A DNA stretch of 64,000 nt from Octopus vulgaris (GCA_951406725.2 OX597818.1:128464001-128528000); one strand, 5' to 3'; shown: positions 1 through 13,149, counted from the stretch's first letter. Made by a program: numbers and translations. The notes: generated by a model not told the origin, from the sequence alone.

Positions 1-84
1 AAATAGTATTGAGGTCAATACATTCGAATAAAAAACTTTTCAGCCCCCGGCATGGCTGCAGTCTAATGACAGAAACAAGTAAAA

Positions 85-116
<32 letters not shown>

Positions 117-124
<8 letters not shown>

Positions 125-672
125 GTTGTATACTGTCAATCTAACACGAACGTGACAGTAGGTGGGTACACCACCGCTGTATAGCCCTAGGAAGCATCGA
201 CGCCTCCTGATGGCTTTGACACATTTTTTTCCCTGTGTCCTTATATACATTTACGAAGGGAGACAAACACCCCCGGCCACCGGAGCTGCATCTAGGGACA
301 CGTGTTTCAGGATCATTGTCCTTCATCGGCCTAGAGTAGCAGACACCGGTCAGCTGGCGATATTTGTCTCGACTTCATATTGTATATATCTATAATTCAG
401 TGAAGTCTATTCACTGATTATCAAAATAAGAAATACTAAATTTCTAAATCTCTCGTAGAGACATGTACGGTGGTGGGGCGATAGAATGGTTGTATACTGT
501 CAATCTAACACGAACGTGACTGTAGCATCTTACTTTGGCAACATGCTGAAGGGCGAGGGAGGATGACTTACTCTCATTCATTTTTTGAATTTAGCGGCAC
601 GAGCACGGAATATGATCTCTCTGATACCGTTAGGTGAAGTGATGGTTTCCAGTGCCTTCAAATTTAATATGC

Positions 673-675
<3 letters not shown>
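117..675 (-). mobile_element. Penelope-like element 3' end with partial tandem terminal repeat, flanked by (TA)n
   Basis: ~40-bp direct repeat atagaatggttgtatactgtcaatctaacacgaacgtgac at ~117-156 and 481-519; hammerhead motif between the repeats; short minus-strand ORF tail ending at 578; TA tracts on both sides. Confidence 0.7.
291..335 (-). ncRNA. Minimal type I hammerhead ribozyme (U4C core variant)
   Basis: Minus strand reads TCTAGG-CCGATGA-AGGA-caatga-TCCT-GAAA-CACGTG-TC-CCTAGA: 6-bp stem I, 4-bp stem II, palindromic stem III, GUC cleavage triplet. Confidence 0.85.
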
Positions 676-711
<36 letters not shown>

Positions 712-779
712 TTATGTATATATATATATATTTTATGTGTGTGTGAATGTTTGTATGTTTGTGCCTCCTTATCATGATG

Positions 780-1020
780 TAGTATGGTAGTCATAAATGA
801 GTATCACTGTCTTACAGGTAGTGTCATTGATTTTCAATATTATGCAAAAACATGTCTGGACATTGGGAAATATTACCTTACATGGAAATAGGCGAGGGTT
901 GGTGACAGAGAGGACATTCGGCCATAGAAAATCTGCCTCAATTAACTCCATCCAACCTATGCAAGCATGGAAAAGTGGACACTAACATGATGATGATGAT
1001 GATGATGATGATAAAGATGA
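780..1020 (+). mobile_element. Old (GAT)n-tailed SINE/LINE 3' end (family E)
   Basis: Ends gcaagcatggaaaagtggac..(gat)n; related copies at ~10280-10500 (+), ~17900-18140 (-), ~35925-36150 (-). Confidence 0.65.
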
Positions 1021-1192
1021 TGCACACATACATATGCAAGACTTTTCTCAAGTTCCAAATGTGAATTTGTCTGTGTTAACTACATCCCAAAGATGGAGCC
1101 TTGTATCTTTGTCAGAAACCAGCTCCCTCCTCAGTGGAAGATTTATAATAATTAACAAATAGAAACATGCATACATACATGCATACATGCAT

Positions 1193-1672
1193 AAAGCTGA
1201 AGATCAGTGAAAAAGAGAACACCTACGCTAAACTATTGAGAAATCTGCAGTCACTCTATCCAGATTACAAGTTTAGGTTTATACCTATTTCTTTACTACC
1301 CACAAGGGGCTAAACACAGAGAGGACAAACAAGGACAGACAAACGGATTAAGTCGATTACATCGACCCCAGTGTGTAACTGGTACTTAATTTATCGACCC
1401 TGAAAGGATGAAAGGCAAAGTCGACCTCGGCGGAATTTGAACTCAGAATGTAATGGCAGACGAAATACGGCTACGCATTTCGCCCGGCGTGCTAACGTTT
1501 CTGCCAGCTCGCCACCAGCTTGTTCAGGTTTATACCTGTAATAATTGGGGCACTGGGATATGTAACACACAGCCTAAATACCAATCTTGTGAAATTAGGC
1601 TTCTCAAAACTAGAATGGAGAAAGGTGATTCAAACACTACAGATCCAAGCCATCCCTGGAACTGTAAAACTC
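1193..1672 (+). pseudogene. R4/Dong-type LINE restriction-like endonuclease C-terminal fragment, split by a SINE
   Basis: Reads KISEKENTYAKLLRNLQSLYPDYKFRFIP | VIIGALGYVTHSLNTNLVKLGFSK, matching the RLE C-terminus pattern (EK..Y..L / PIIIGALG). Confidence 0.75.
1287..1521 (-). mobile_element. SINE family C (tRNA-like head ggcggcgagctggcagaaacg)
   Basis: 16-bp TSD gtt(t/c)aggtttatacct at 1271-1286 and 1522-1537; central gcctttcatcctttc..ggtcgataaattaagtacc motif; other copies at ~9936-10168, 11570-11770, 31097-31305, 41348-41535, 41848-41962. Confidence 0.85.
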
Positions 1673-1849
1673 TGATAGACAGACATACACACACACACTC
1701 ACACACGTATACATACATATGTACATAAATACATACAACCTGCCCTGGAAGCATGATAGACTATTAGCAGAGACTATTTACAATGCTACCCACAGGAAGG
1801 ACTGCCCTGACATATACATTAAAACATGTTAGAACCAGCAGGTATTCAC

Positions 1850-2640
1850 ACCTTTCCAAACAAGGAATACTGATGGAACATTCCACTAATACCAGCAATT
1901 CAATGCAAACATAACAAACCTGATAGTGTTCTGCACGGCAGGGAACAAAAGTCATGCACTGTTGTAGAGGTCAACTGCCTAGCAGATGTGAATGTATAAT
2001 CAAAAGCCCAGGAAAAAAGTAGAAATTTTATGGTGAATTAATGTGGAATTTACAGCTCTTATAACCTGACTACAAATTCTCGTTTGTACCTATCACCATA
2101 GTAGTAGGAGCACTCCGTCGGTTTCGACGATGAGGGTCCCAGCTGATACGATCAACAGAACAGCTTGCTCGTGATATTAACGTGCAAGTGGCTGAGCACT
2201 CCACAGACACGTGTACCCTTAACGTAGTTCTCGAGGAGATTCAGCGTGACACAGAGTGTGACAAGGCCGGCCCCTTGAAATACAGGTACAACAGAAACAG
2301 GAAGTAAGAGTGAGAGAAAGTTGTGGTGAAAGAGTACAGCAGGGTTCACCACCACCCCCTGCCGGAGCCTCGTGGAGCTTTAGGTGTTTTCGCTCAATAA
2401 ACACTCACAACGCCCGGTCTGGAAATCGAAACCGCGATCCTACGACCGCGAGTCCGCTGCCCTAACCACTGGGCCATTGCGCCTCCACAAACCTATCACC
2501 ATAGGCTATATACCAATAAATTTACACAAAACCAAAAAGTACGAGGTTTTTTTTTTGAAGAAAGAGCAAAAGAAAATGACATAGATTCTCCAAATGCAAT
2601 ATATTATTAGAACGGTGAAGATTTGTAAGACATCCTAATG
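1850..2640 (+). pseudogene. Second R4/Dong-type RLE fragment, split by a SINE
   Basis: HNKPDSVLHGREQKSCTVVEVNCLADVN..YGELMWNLQLL*PDYKFSFVPITIG: PD-(D/E)-type RLE motif with stops and frameshifts. Confidence 0.75.
2102..2490 (-). mobile_element. SINE family A, full length
   Basis: tRNA-like head on minus strand (ggaggcgcaatggcccagtggttagggc..ggtttcgatt, A/B boxes); 14-bp TSD acctatcaccatag at 2088-2101 and 2491-2504. Confidence 0.9.
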
Positions 2641-2810
2641 ATTCTCCATCTGACATTCTTTAGGTGAATAGATGCATAGTAGTTCAACCAACACACCAAC
2701 ACAACTGCATATTTTAAACACCAGGAACTGTCTTAGCTCAAAAAGTCTAGTTGCTTTGTTAGCAACTGACTTGAACTCTCTTAAGAAGAGCTAAAATAAA
2801 AATCAAAGAA

Positions 2811-2841
<31 letters not shown>

Positions 2842-3375
2842 TAGATGCCTGCATGCATACATACATACATACATACATGCATACATACATACACACATGC
2901 ATGCATACATACACACATGCATACATACATACATACATACATACATACATACATACATACATACATACATACATACATACATACATACATACAAACAAAC
3001 AAACAAATGCATATATACATACAAACAGACTAACAGATGAAAAGACAAACTGATAAGTAGTCAGGCAATCTGACTATTTACTATATACTTTAGAAGCATA
3101 CATGCACGCAGAATAGAAGTTAGACAATTGAAGCTGCAATGTTCTTTATCTAAGCTACCTTCCAGAGTATTCGTATATATTTTTCGTAAGGGAAAACAAA
3201 AGTTTAACTTTGAATAATGAGAATAATATAAAACTTCATTAATTATACAGTAAAATTAAATTGAAACCTAATTTTTTAAAGATAAATTTTTAAATATTCT
3301 TTAGATATTTTAATAAAAATTTTTTTAATTTAAAAATTTTTTTAAATAGAATAAGAATGAAAAAAATTTTGAATT

Positions 3376-3516
3376 GCTTACCAACCACATGGTTTCAGGT
3401 TCAGTCCCACTGCATGGCACCTTGGGCAAGTATCTTCTACTATAGCTTCGGGCCGACCAAAGCCTTGTGAGTGGATTTGGTAGACGGAAACTGAAAGAAG
3501 CCCATCGTATATATGA

Positions 3517-3554
<38 letters not shown>

Positions 3555-3766
3555 ATATGTTTGTGTGTCTGTGTTTGTCCCCTCAACATCGCTTGACAAC
3601 CGATGTTGGTATGTTTACGTCCCCATAACTTAGCGGTTCAACAAAAGAGGCCGATAGAATAAGTACTAGGCTTACAAAGAATAAGTCCTGAGGTTGATTT
3701 GCTCGACTAAATGTGGTGATCCAGCATGGCCACAGTCAAATGACTGAAACAAGTAAAAGAGTATAA
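3376..3766 (+). mobile_element. SINE family B (tRNA head, CORE-like accttgggcaagt, internal TA/TG tract, gtaaaaga tail)
   Basis: Same sequence recurs more than 12 times in the window; adjacent partial copies at ~3795-3955, ~4305-4520 and 1-88. Confidence 0.85.
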
Positions 3767-4177
3767 AATAAATGGCTAAAGAATGGGTAAAGAATGGCTG
3801 AGTGCTAAGAAGCAAGCTTCCCAACCACATGGTTCCGGGTTCAGTCCCGCTGCATGTCACCTTTAGGTAAGTGTCTTCTACTATAGCCTTGAGCCAACCA
3901 ATGCCTTGTGAGTGGATTTGGTAGATGGAAACTAAAAGAAGCCCATCTTATATATAGTTCAGAGACAAGATTCCATCTTTGAACTTCTTTCCTTTGACAG
4001 CTCAAATGTAAGATCTCTTGAAGATGGAGGCTCGTCTCATCCTATGTTGGAATCAATCTAGAAGCATTATTTTGGATCACCAAGTCCTCAGAAAACATCT
4101 GTTGGGTTTGTAATATCTTTCTTCAACCCCTTTAATTCTCTGTATCATTTGTATTCTGTGTTAGTCAGACCTTTTTG

Positions 4178-4228
<51 letters not shown>

Positions 4229-4535
4229 TTTTATTTGTATTTCATGTATTTAACATAATTTATATATTGATCTATCTAACTTGTTTATCCCTAAATTTAC
4301 TTCTGTGTGTGTGTGTGTGTATCTTTGTGTCTGTGTTCATCCCCTACCACTGCTTGACAACTAGTGTTAGTGTGTTTATCTCCATGTAACTTAGCAGTTT
4401 GGCAAAAGAGATTAATAGAATAAGAACCAGGCTTATAAAAAAGAAAATAAGTCCTAAAAATTCGAGGCAGTGCCCCAGCATGGCCGCAGTCTAATGACTG
4501 AAACAGACAAAAGATAAAAGAGAAAATTGTTTATA

Positions 4536-4936
4536 TCTTTATATATAAAAGTGAGGTTGTGCGCTGTCTGTCTCCTACGATTTAGATTCCTAACTACTCC
4601 CACATTTTGCGGTGCAGTTTGACCAAAAGCGTGTATCTTATAGTCGTGATTCATATCGAGCCCTTCTGGGTATTAGCGCGCGTCTACGATGAGTCTACGA
4701 TTTTAAAAATAATTTACCATCATTTTTTTCCATTTTAATGCATTTTTTCGCTATTATATAAGGGAAGTAACTCTCTAAAAATGTCTATGATGAGTCAACG
4801 ATTTAAAAAAAATTTACCATAATTTTTTTCCCATTTTTAATGCATTTTTTTTGCTATTTTTTGGCTATAACTCTCTAAAAATGCTTATATAGTTATTTCC
4901 CTTACAAACCCGAGCAATGCCGGGTGATACTGCTAG
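4536..4936 (+). mobile_element. Non-autonomous Helitron
   Basis: A|TC 5' end; subterminal hairpin cccgagcaatgccggg; CTAG|T 3' end; no TSD. Confidence 0.85.
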
Positions 4937-4961
4937 TTATTATTAAAAGACAAGCAAGAAA

Positions 4962-5551
4962 TCTTTATATATAAAAGTCAAGTTGTGTGTCTGTCTCCTA
5001 CGATTTAGATTCCTTACTCCCACATTTTGCAGTGCAGTTTGACCAAAACCGGGTATCTTATAGTCATGATTCATATCGAGCCCTTCTGGGTATTAGCGCG
5101 CGTCTACGATTTAAAAAAAAATTTACAATCAATTTTTCCCATTTTTAATGCATTTTTTCGCTATTATATAAGGGAAGTAACTCTCTAAAAATGTCTATGA
5201 TGAGTCAACAATTTAAAAAAAAAATTACCATCATTTTTTTTCCCATTTTTAATGCATTTTTTTTGCTATTATATAAGGGAAGTAACTCTCTAAAAATGTT
5301 TACGATGAGTCAACGATTTAAAAAAATTTACCATCATTTTTTTCCATTTTAATGCATTTTTTCGCTATTATATAAGGGAAGTAACTCTCTAAAAATGTCT
5401 ACGATGAGTCAACGATGTAAAAAAAAATTTACCGTAATTTTTTTTCCATTTTTTATGCATTTTTTTTGCTATTTTTTGGCTATAACTCTCTAAAAATGCT
5501 TATATAGTTATTTCCCTTACAAACCTGAGCAACGCCGGGCGATACTGCTAG
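4962..5551 (+). mobile_element. Non-autonomous Helitron with expanded ~115-bp internal tandem repeat
   Basis: Same TC...hairpin-CTAG ends; unit aagggaagtaactctctaaaaatgtcta.gatgagtcaac present three times. Confidence 0.85.
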
Positions 5552-5859
5552 TTATTATTAAAAGACAAGCAAGACATTTTTATAAAACTAAGAAGATGTA
5601 GGAAAGCAAACATGATTAAAAATATGATTACTTAATTCCATTTGTCACTCAGTAGCTACTTATGATTTGGTCACATCTGTTTTATTGTAATAAAAGATAC
5701 TCCAACCAAGATTTTACAGTGTAGCACTTAGCATAATTTACAAATTTGTTTATGAGCTTAAGCTTCAGTCACTTCTAAAAAAAGTTTTGCCTGCTACTTC
5801 AAATTTAAATTTTGTCTAACCCATTCCATAATTTAGAGAAAGCGTGAAGCAAACATATA

Positions 5860-6925
5860 GGCGCAGGAGTGGCTGTGTGGTAAGTAGCTTGTTTACCAAC
5901 CACTTGGTTCCGGGTTCAGTCCCACTGCGTGGCACCTTGGGCAAGTGTCTTCTGCTATAGCCCCAGGCCGACCAAAGCCTTGTGAGTGGATTTGGTAGAC
6001 GGAAATTGAAAGAAGCCCGTCGTATATATGTATATATAGGCGCAGGAGTGGCTGTGTGGTAAGTAGCTTGTTTACCAACCACATGGTTCCGGGTTCAGTC
6101 CCACTGCGTGGAACCTTGGGCAAGTGTCTTCTGCTATAGCCTCGGGCTGACCAAAGCCTTGTGAGTGGATTTGGTAGACGGAAATTGAAAGAAGCCCGTC
6201 GTATATATGTATATATGGGCGCAGGAGTGGCTGTGTGGTAAGTAGCTTGTTTACCAACCACATGGTTCTGGGTTCAGTCCCACTGCGTGGCACCTTGGGC
6301 AAGTGTCCTCTATTATAGCCTCGGGCCGACTAAAGCCTTGTGAATGGATTTGGTAGACGGAATTGAAAGAAGCCCGTCGTATATATGTATATATAGGCGC
6401 AGGAGTGGCTGTGTGCTAAGTAGCTTGTTTACCAACCACATGGTTCCGGGTTCAGTCCCACTGCGTGGCACCTTGGGCAAGTGTCTTCTGCTATAGCCCC
6501 GGGCCGACCAAAGCCTTGAGAGTGGATTTGGTAGACGGAAATTGAAGGAAGCCCGTCGTATATATGTATATATAGGCGCAGGAGTGGCTGTGTGGTAAGT
6601 AGCTTGTTTACCAACCACATGATTCCAGGTTCAGTCCCACTGCGTGGCACCTTGAGCAAGTGTCTTCTACTATAGCCTCAGGCCAACCAAAGCATTGTGA
6701 GTGGATTTGGTAGACGGAAACTGAAAGAAGCCCGTCGTATATATGTATATATAGGCGCAGGAGTGGCTGTGTGGTAAGTAGCTTGTTTACCAACCACATG
6801 GTTCTGGGTTCAGTCCCACTGCGTGGCATCTTGGGCAAGTGTCCTCTACCATAGCCTCGGGCTGACTAAAGCCTTGTGAATGGATTTGGTAGACGGAAAC
6901 TGAAAAGAAGCCCGTCGTATATATG

Positions 6926-6971
<46 letters not shown>

Positions 6972-7195
6972 TGTGTGTGTTTGTGTGTCTGTGTTTGTCC
7001 CCCTAGCATTGCTTGTCAACCGATGCTGGTGTGTTTATGTCCCCGACACTTAGCGGTTCGGCAAAAGGGACCGATAGATTAAGTACTGGGCTTACAAAAG
7101 AATAAGTCCCGGGGTCGAGTTGCTCGATTAAAGGCGGTGCCCCAGCATGGCCGCAGTCAAATGACTGAAACAAGTATAAAAGAGTAAAGAGTAAC
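5860..7195 (+). repeat. Tandem array of six ~179-bp SINE-B 5' halves; last copy full length
   Basis: Units start with ggcgcaggagtggc at 5860, 6039, 6218, 6396, 6575 and 6754. Confidence 0.95.
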
Positions 7196-7441
7196 ACTTA
7201 GAATATTTCTAATCTATCTCCTGATTACAATACCTGCATTTCAATCATTTCTGACTCTTTCTGACAAATGTATTTTCAAAAGATTATGATAAACTTATTA
7301 CCTATGCAGTCTTATATAAATAGGAAGGCGCATTGACTCTAAATGAATATCATATCAGTAGAAATCCAAATTACTTTATTAGTGCTAATGAGTTATGTAA
7401 ATGTGCATATGTGTATCTATATTTATCTACATACATACATA

Positions 7442-7818
7442 CACTGCCGTCAGAAATTAATTAGCACCCTTGATTTGCTCTTCACTCAGGGTATGTGCTG
7501 TCACCTAGTGGCCATATCTCGAACTATTGCTTTGTTGCGAGTTCACTGTTGCGCAGAACGATGACGTAACTTTGTTTGCAGAGCAGTTTCAGAGTCTACA
7601 GCCTTATGATGTTGACATAGCAGTGCAACAACTTGGAGTGCGGATGCAGACAAATCTTCCTTTGTTTAATAGATATAGGTAGCGCCTCGCAAGGACTGAA
7701 ATCACACCATACTAAGTTTTCTCATCGCGTAAGACGTTTTGAACAGCTCATAGGTTAATTGATTTAACCTATTTAATGTAGAAATTTGAGAAGTGCTTAT
7801 TAATTTCTGATGCAAGTG
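7442..7818. mobile_element. Tc1/mariner-type non-autonomous element (MITE)
   Basis: ~26-bp imperfect TIRs cactgccgtcagaaattaattagcac / gtgcttattaatttctgatgcaagtg, each flanked by TA. Confidence 0.75.
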
Positions 7819-8281
7819 TACATACACACATACATACATACATACATACATACATACATACGTATGTACATACATACATACATACATACATACATACATA
7901 CATACATACACACACACATACATACATACATACACACACACATACATACATACGTACATACATACATGCATACATACATACATACATACATATTCAAACA
8001 CTCTCAAACACACACACACACATTTATATATAGACACAAAAGCTAAGTGCAGGCTTCTGCCTGGTCGGCTCCTGGCAAACCATCCCACCCATGCCAACAT
8101 GGAGGGTGGGCATTAAACAATGATGGCCATGATGATATATGTATGTATGTATGCATGTATGTGTGTATGTGTGTCCTCACTTTAAAAAAAATCTTCTTGC
8201 ATAGGCATTGCACGATAACAACATTGATTAAGCTTCATGCAATGGCCATACTTGATAACGAGGGGGCAGCCACCATATATG

Positions 8282-8338
<57 letters not shown>

Positions 8339-9335
8339 CATCAGTCAGTTGTCCATAAGTCAGGAAAAAAAGCATACTCTAAAAATAGAATTTGTGTGGT
8401 TATACTTTTATATTTTTAAATAGTATATTTCTAGTTTTGGTATACATCTGATCAGTAAGTTACTACTGGTTTGGTGTCTACTATTGCTCTTGGCAACACT
8501 AATGAGTCTTCAGACATGCTAGCCAGAAGAATATGGCCTCCTTAATGCTGGAAATAAATATACAGTCACGATCAGCTTAGTAGTGAAAAAAAAAAAAATT
8601 AAGAAAACTTTTCTGAGTGGGAAAGAAGATTCAGTTGTACCATTCCAGCCATGCTAGAAAGGGGTCAACTGTTCCTGTATACATGTTTTCCATTCCCTTA
8701 TTCAAAAAGATGCGAAGACCATGTTTTCAAAATGAATTTTCTCTCATGAGGGCAGTTACTAAAGATCTTACATTATGAGTTCAGAGAAGCACCTGGATTA
8801 AGTGAATTTTTTAGGATTAATCCCTTCTTGGTTAAGTTACACTTGCATCTTCTGCTTCCATTTAGGGTGGCCCAGGTTGTGCCTGCAGTTGATCTTGTGC
8901 AGCATTAGAGCACTATACATACATGCATACACAAATATATACTTACATACCTACACACATTGAGACAGGCATAATATGTGTCTGCATAGTTTTCCTCTAC
9001 CAACTTTCACTTATACAATATTGGTCAACTTGAGGCTATAGTAGGAGGCAATAATCTGAAGTGCTGTACAGTAGGATTAAATCCAAAATCATATGGTTAC
9101 AAAGCACATTTTTAACCACAATTATGCCTGCACCTCATATATATGTGTGTGTGTATGTGTGTGTGTGTGTGTGTGTGCGTGTGTGTGTTTGTGTGTTTTC
9201 AACAGAGGCAGTTAATAAAATATTAAATACTGTGCCAAATGTCTTGGATAAGTGTTTTCTATTACATTACAAGGTAGATCAAAGACTTTTGAGTGGATTT
9301 AGTAGACAGAAACTGAAAGAAGCTCCTCATATATG

Positions 9336-9935
9336 AGTGTGTGTGTGTGTGTATTTGGGTTTGTGTGTGTGTTTGTGTTAGTGTATGCATGCATGTGTGT
9401 GTATACATACATATGTGTGTGAGTGTGTATGTATACATACATGTATATGTGTGTGTGTATGCATGCATGTTTGTATTTGTGTTTGTACGTGTGTGTATGT
9501 ATACATATATATATGTGTGTGTGTGTATTTGGGTTTGTGTGTGTGTTTGTGTTAGTGTATGCATGCATGTGTATGTATACATACATATGTGTGTGTGTGT
9601 ATGTATACATACATACATGTTTATGTGTGTGTGTATGCATGCATGTGTGTATTTGTGTTTGTACGTGTGTGTGTGTGTATACATATATATATATATGTGT
9701 GTGTGTATACATATATATATATGTGTGTGTGTATTTGGGTTTGTGTGTGTGTTTGTGTTAGTGTATGCATGCATGTGTGTGTATACATACATATGTGTGT
9801 GTGTGTATGTATACATACATACATGTATATGTGTGTGTGTATGCATGCATGTATGTATTTGTGTTTGTATGTGTGTGTGTGTGTGTGTATACATATATAT
9901 ATGTGTGTGTGTGTATATATGTATACATACATATA
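9336..9935. repeat. Compound TG/TA/TGCA microsatellite with ~175-205-bp higher-order period
   Basis: Landmark gtatttgggtttgtgtgtgtgtttgtgttagtgtatgcatgcatg recurs at ~9351, ~9525 and ~9731. Confidence 0.85.
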
Positions 9936-10926
9936 TATTTCTTTACTACCCACAAGGGGCTAAACACAGAGGGGACAAACAAGGACAGACAAACGGATTA
10001 AGTCGATTCCATCAACCCCAGTGCGTAACTGGTACTTAATTTATCGACCCCGAAAGGATGAAAGGCAAAGTCGACCTCGGCGGAATTTGAACTCAGAACA
10101 TAACGGCAGACGAAATACGGCTACGCATTTCGCCCGGCGTGCTACTGTTTCTGCCAGCTCGCCGCCTTGTATACATACATATATGTGAGTGTATGTGTGC
10201 ATGTGTGCACATGTGCATGCATTTGTGTGTGTTGTGTGTGTCTCCATGTGTACACTCATATGGGCATCACATGACAGATGTACATGAGCATCACTGTCAT
10301 GCAAGTAAAGTTGTTGTGCCTTTCCAGACTTCCATGAAATACATGTCGAGCTATGGGGAAAATATTAGCTTCCTTGGAAACAAGTAATGAAGAAGGGCAT
10401 CTGGGTAAAAAAAAAAATCTGCCTCAACAAATTCTCTCTGACCTATACAAGTATGGAAGACCGAAATGCAGATGCTGCTGCTGCCAATAATGATGATGAT
10501 GATGAGGAGGAGGAGGAGGAGGAGGAGGAGGAGGGGGGGATTACCCTAAGATAAACTCTGACATATGATAAAAAAGCATTCTAGTCATGATTAGCCCTGT
10601 GTCAGTTTTTGTTGTTTTTTCAGGCATAGTACACCATAGAGTACATCATCCAATGTTACCTTTTCGTAAGACAGTAGGGTGTGCAATTTGCAGTAAAATA
10701 AAGCTGGTGGTCTTTTCTAGCATGTGAAATGGCTAATAAATTCACCTTCAATGAAGGCAGAATTGAAACTCTCTCAAAATATTTTGAGCCTCTAAGAATC
10801 AAACAGTTCCAGAATATTGGAGAATCAACCATATCAACAAGTTATTCTACAAGTAAACTTTACTCATACTTCAACTACATGTATCTTGCTCTCTCTTTCT
10901 CTCTGTCTTCCTCTCTCTCTCTCTTC

Positions 10927-10962
<36 letters not shown>

Positions 10963-10967
10963 GTATA

Positions 10968-11073
<106 letters not shown>

Positions 11074-11116
11074 TATATACTGGAAAAGAGAGAGAGATAG
11101 AAAGAAAGAAAGAGAA

Positions 11117-11147
<31 letters not shown>

Positions 11148-11412
11148 GAGACAGACAGACAGAGGGAAAGGTAAAAAAAATTTTTCTGCTGTAAATAAAT
11201 GTTTGTATAATGTTATCATGTACTTACTTAATGAAAAATTGCCTTTTTTTTAATGAAATTTATTTGAGATATCTAATAATCTTTGAAAATATTCCAACTC
11301 TCTCAAATATGTGGAGATAAACTTAATTTGCACTTCTGCTACTTTCCATAGACACTTCTCAAATTTTCTTCAAAATAAGTGATTTGCAATTTTTATCATT
11401 GCTGTTATTTTT

Positions 11413-11443
<31 letters not shown>

Positions 11444-11503
11444 TAATAATAATAAAAAAATAATAATAATAATAATAATAAAACTAATAATAATAATAAT
11501 AAT

Positions 11504-11539
<36 letters not shown>

Positions 11540-12210
11540 TACTATTTTTATCATTATTATTGGTTTCAAATTTTGGCACAGGGCCAGCAATTTCAGAGAG
11601 AGAATAAGTAAATTACATCAACCCCAGTGTTCAACTGACACTTATTTTGTTGACCTCTAAGGGATGAGAGGTAAATTCTACCTTGGTGGAATTTAAATCC
11701 AGAATGTAAAGAAGGACAAAATGCCACTAAGCATTTTCCCGGTGTGCTAATAATTCTGCTAGCTCACCGTCTTATTATTTTTATCATTATTATTATTGTT
11801 ATTTTGGCTTGGCTCAGATTTGGTCTTATTCCTCTGCTGTAATTGTATCTTGGTGCTGTTGAAAGTTAGACTGGAGAATATTTTCAAGGTCCTAAATTAT
11901 GGAAATAGGAGATATCTATTATGAGATTCTTGGTTTGCTTATGGTTGGCACATGTGTATATGTAAAAAAAGGGAGTGAAGGATGGTATCAACTGCTAACG
12001 AAAGTGTTGACTGTAGTCTTTTTTACTTATTTCAGTCATTAGACTGCAGCCAGATCTCTTTGCCAAATCGTTACTTAACCAAGAAGGGATTAATCCAAAA
12101 AAACTCACATAATCCCTCATGAGAGAAAATTCATTTTGGAAACATGGTCTTCACATTCTCTTTTTAATAAGAGAATGGAAAATGCACATGCACACACATG
12201 CACACACACA

Positions 12211-12269
<59 letters not shown>

Positions 12270-12271
12270 GT

Positions 12272-12490
12272 TAAAGTAGTGAGGAAATGCAAGCAGTTAG
12301 GCAAGGCATGACAAGGACATTTCATTTCATCTAATTCAATCTAAATTTAGTTACTAACAAATGGTAAAAAAATAGTAAAAAATAGTAAAAAATAGTAAGA
12401 AATAGTTTACCATTTTTTACCATTCTAGATGAAATTAAATGTCCTTGTCATGCCTTGCCTAATTGTTTGCCTTTTCTCACTACACTTTAG
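12272..12490. repeat. Fold-back inverted repeat with ~60-bp arms
   Basis: ttaggcaaggcatgacaaggacattt(c)atttcatcta is the reverse complement of tagatgaaattaaatgtccttgtcatgccttgcctaa; spacer contains (aaaaatagta)n. Confidence 0.8.
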
Positions 12491-12679
12491 CCTACACCTA
12501 CTGACTCAGAGGGAAGCCACCTTTAGCCATTTTGAACAAGGCACATAACCACAATTTCAGCTACTTTCCAAACTGGAAATTTGATGATACACCTGTTTCA
12601 GAACTCAGAATGCATACCTATTAGTTTGAGTCATCCTGATGATAATTCCTTATATATATATATATATATATATGTTTGT

Positions 12680-13095
<416 letters not shown>

Positions 13096-13113
13096 CCACT
13101 AGGCCATGTGCCT

Positions 13114-13149
<36 letters not shown>

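Noticed and set aside
2410-2487. tRNA gene (also ~21760-21837, ~44550-44626, ~59430-59505)
   Set aside because: tRNA-like A/B boxes but no proper acceptor stem; continuous with a SINE body and TSDs
5816-6838. Repeated similar ORFs suggesting a tandem gene family or CRISPR-like array
   Set aside because: Antisense read-through of SINE units; there are no unique spacers and the context is eukaryotic
10729-10860. ORF start [19 protein letters not shown] as a host exon
   Set aside because: No recognisable homology; the apparent acceptor lies in a dispersed-repeat end and the ORF runs into microsatellite
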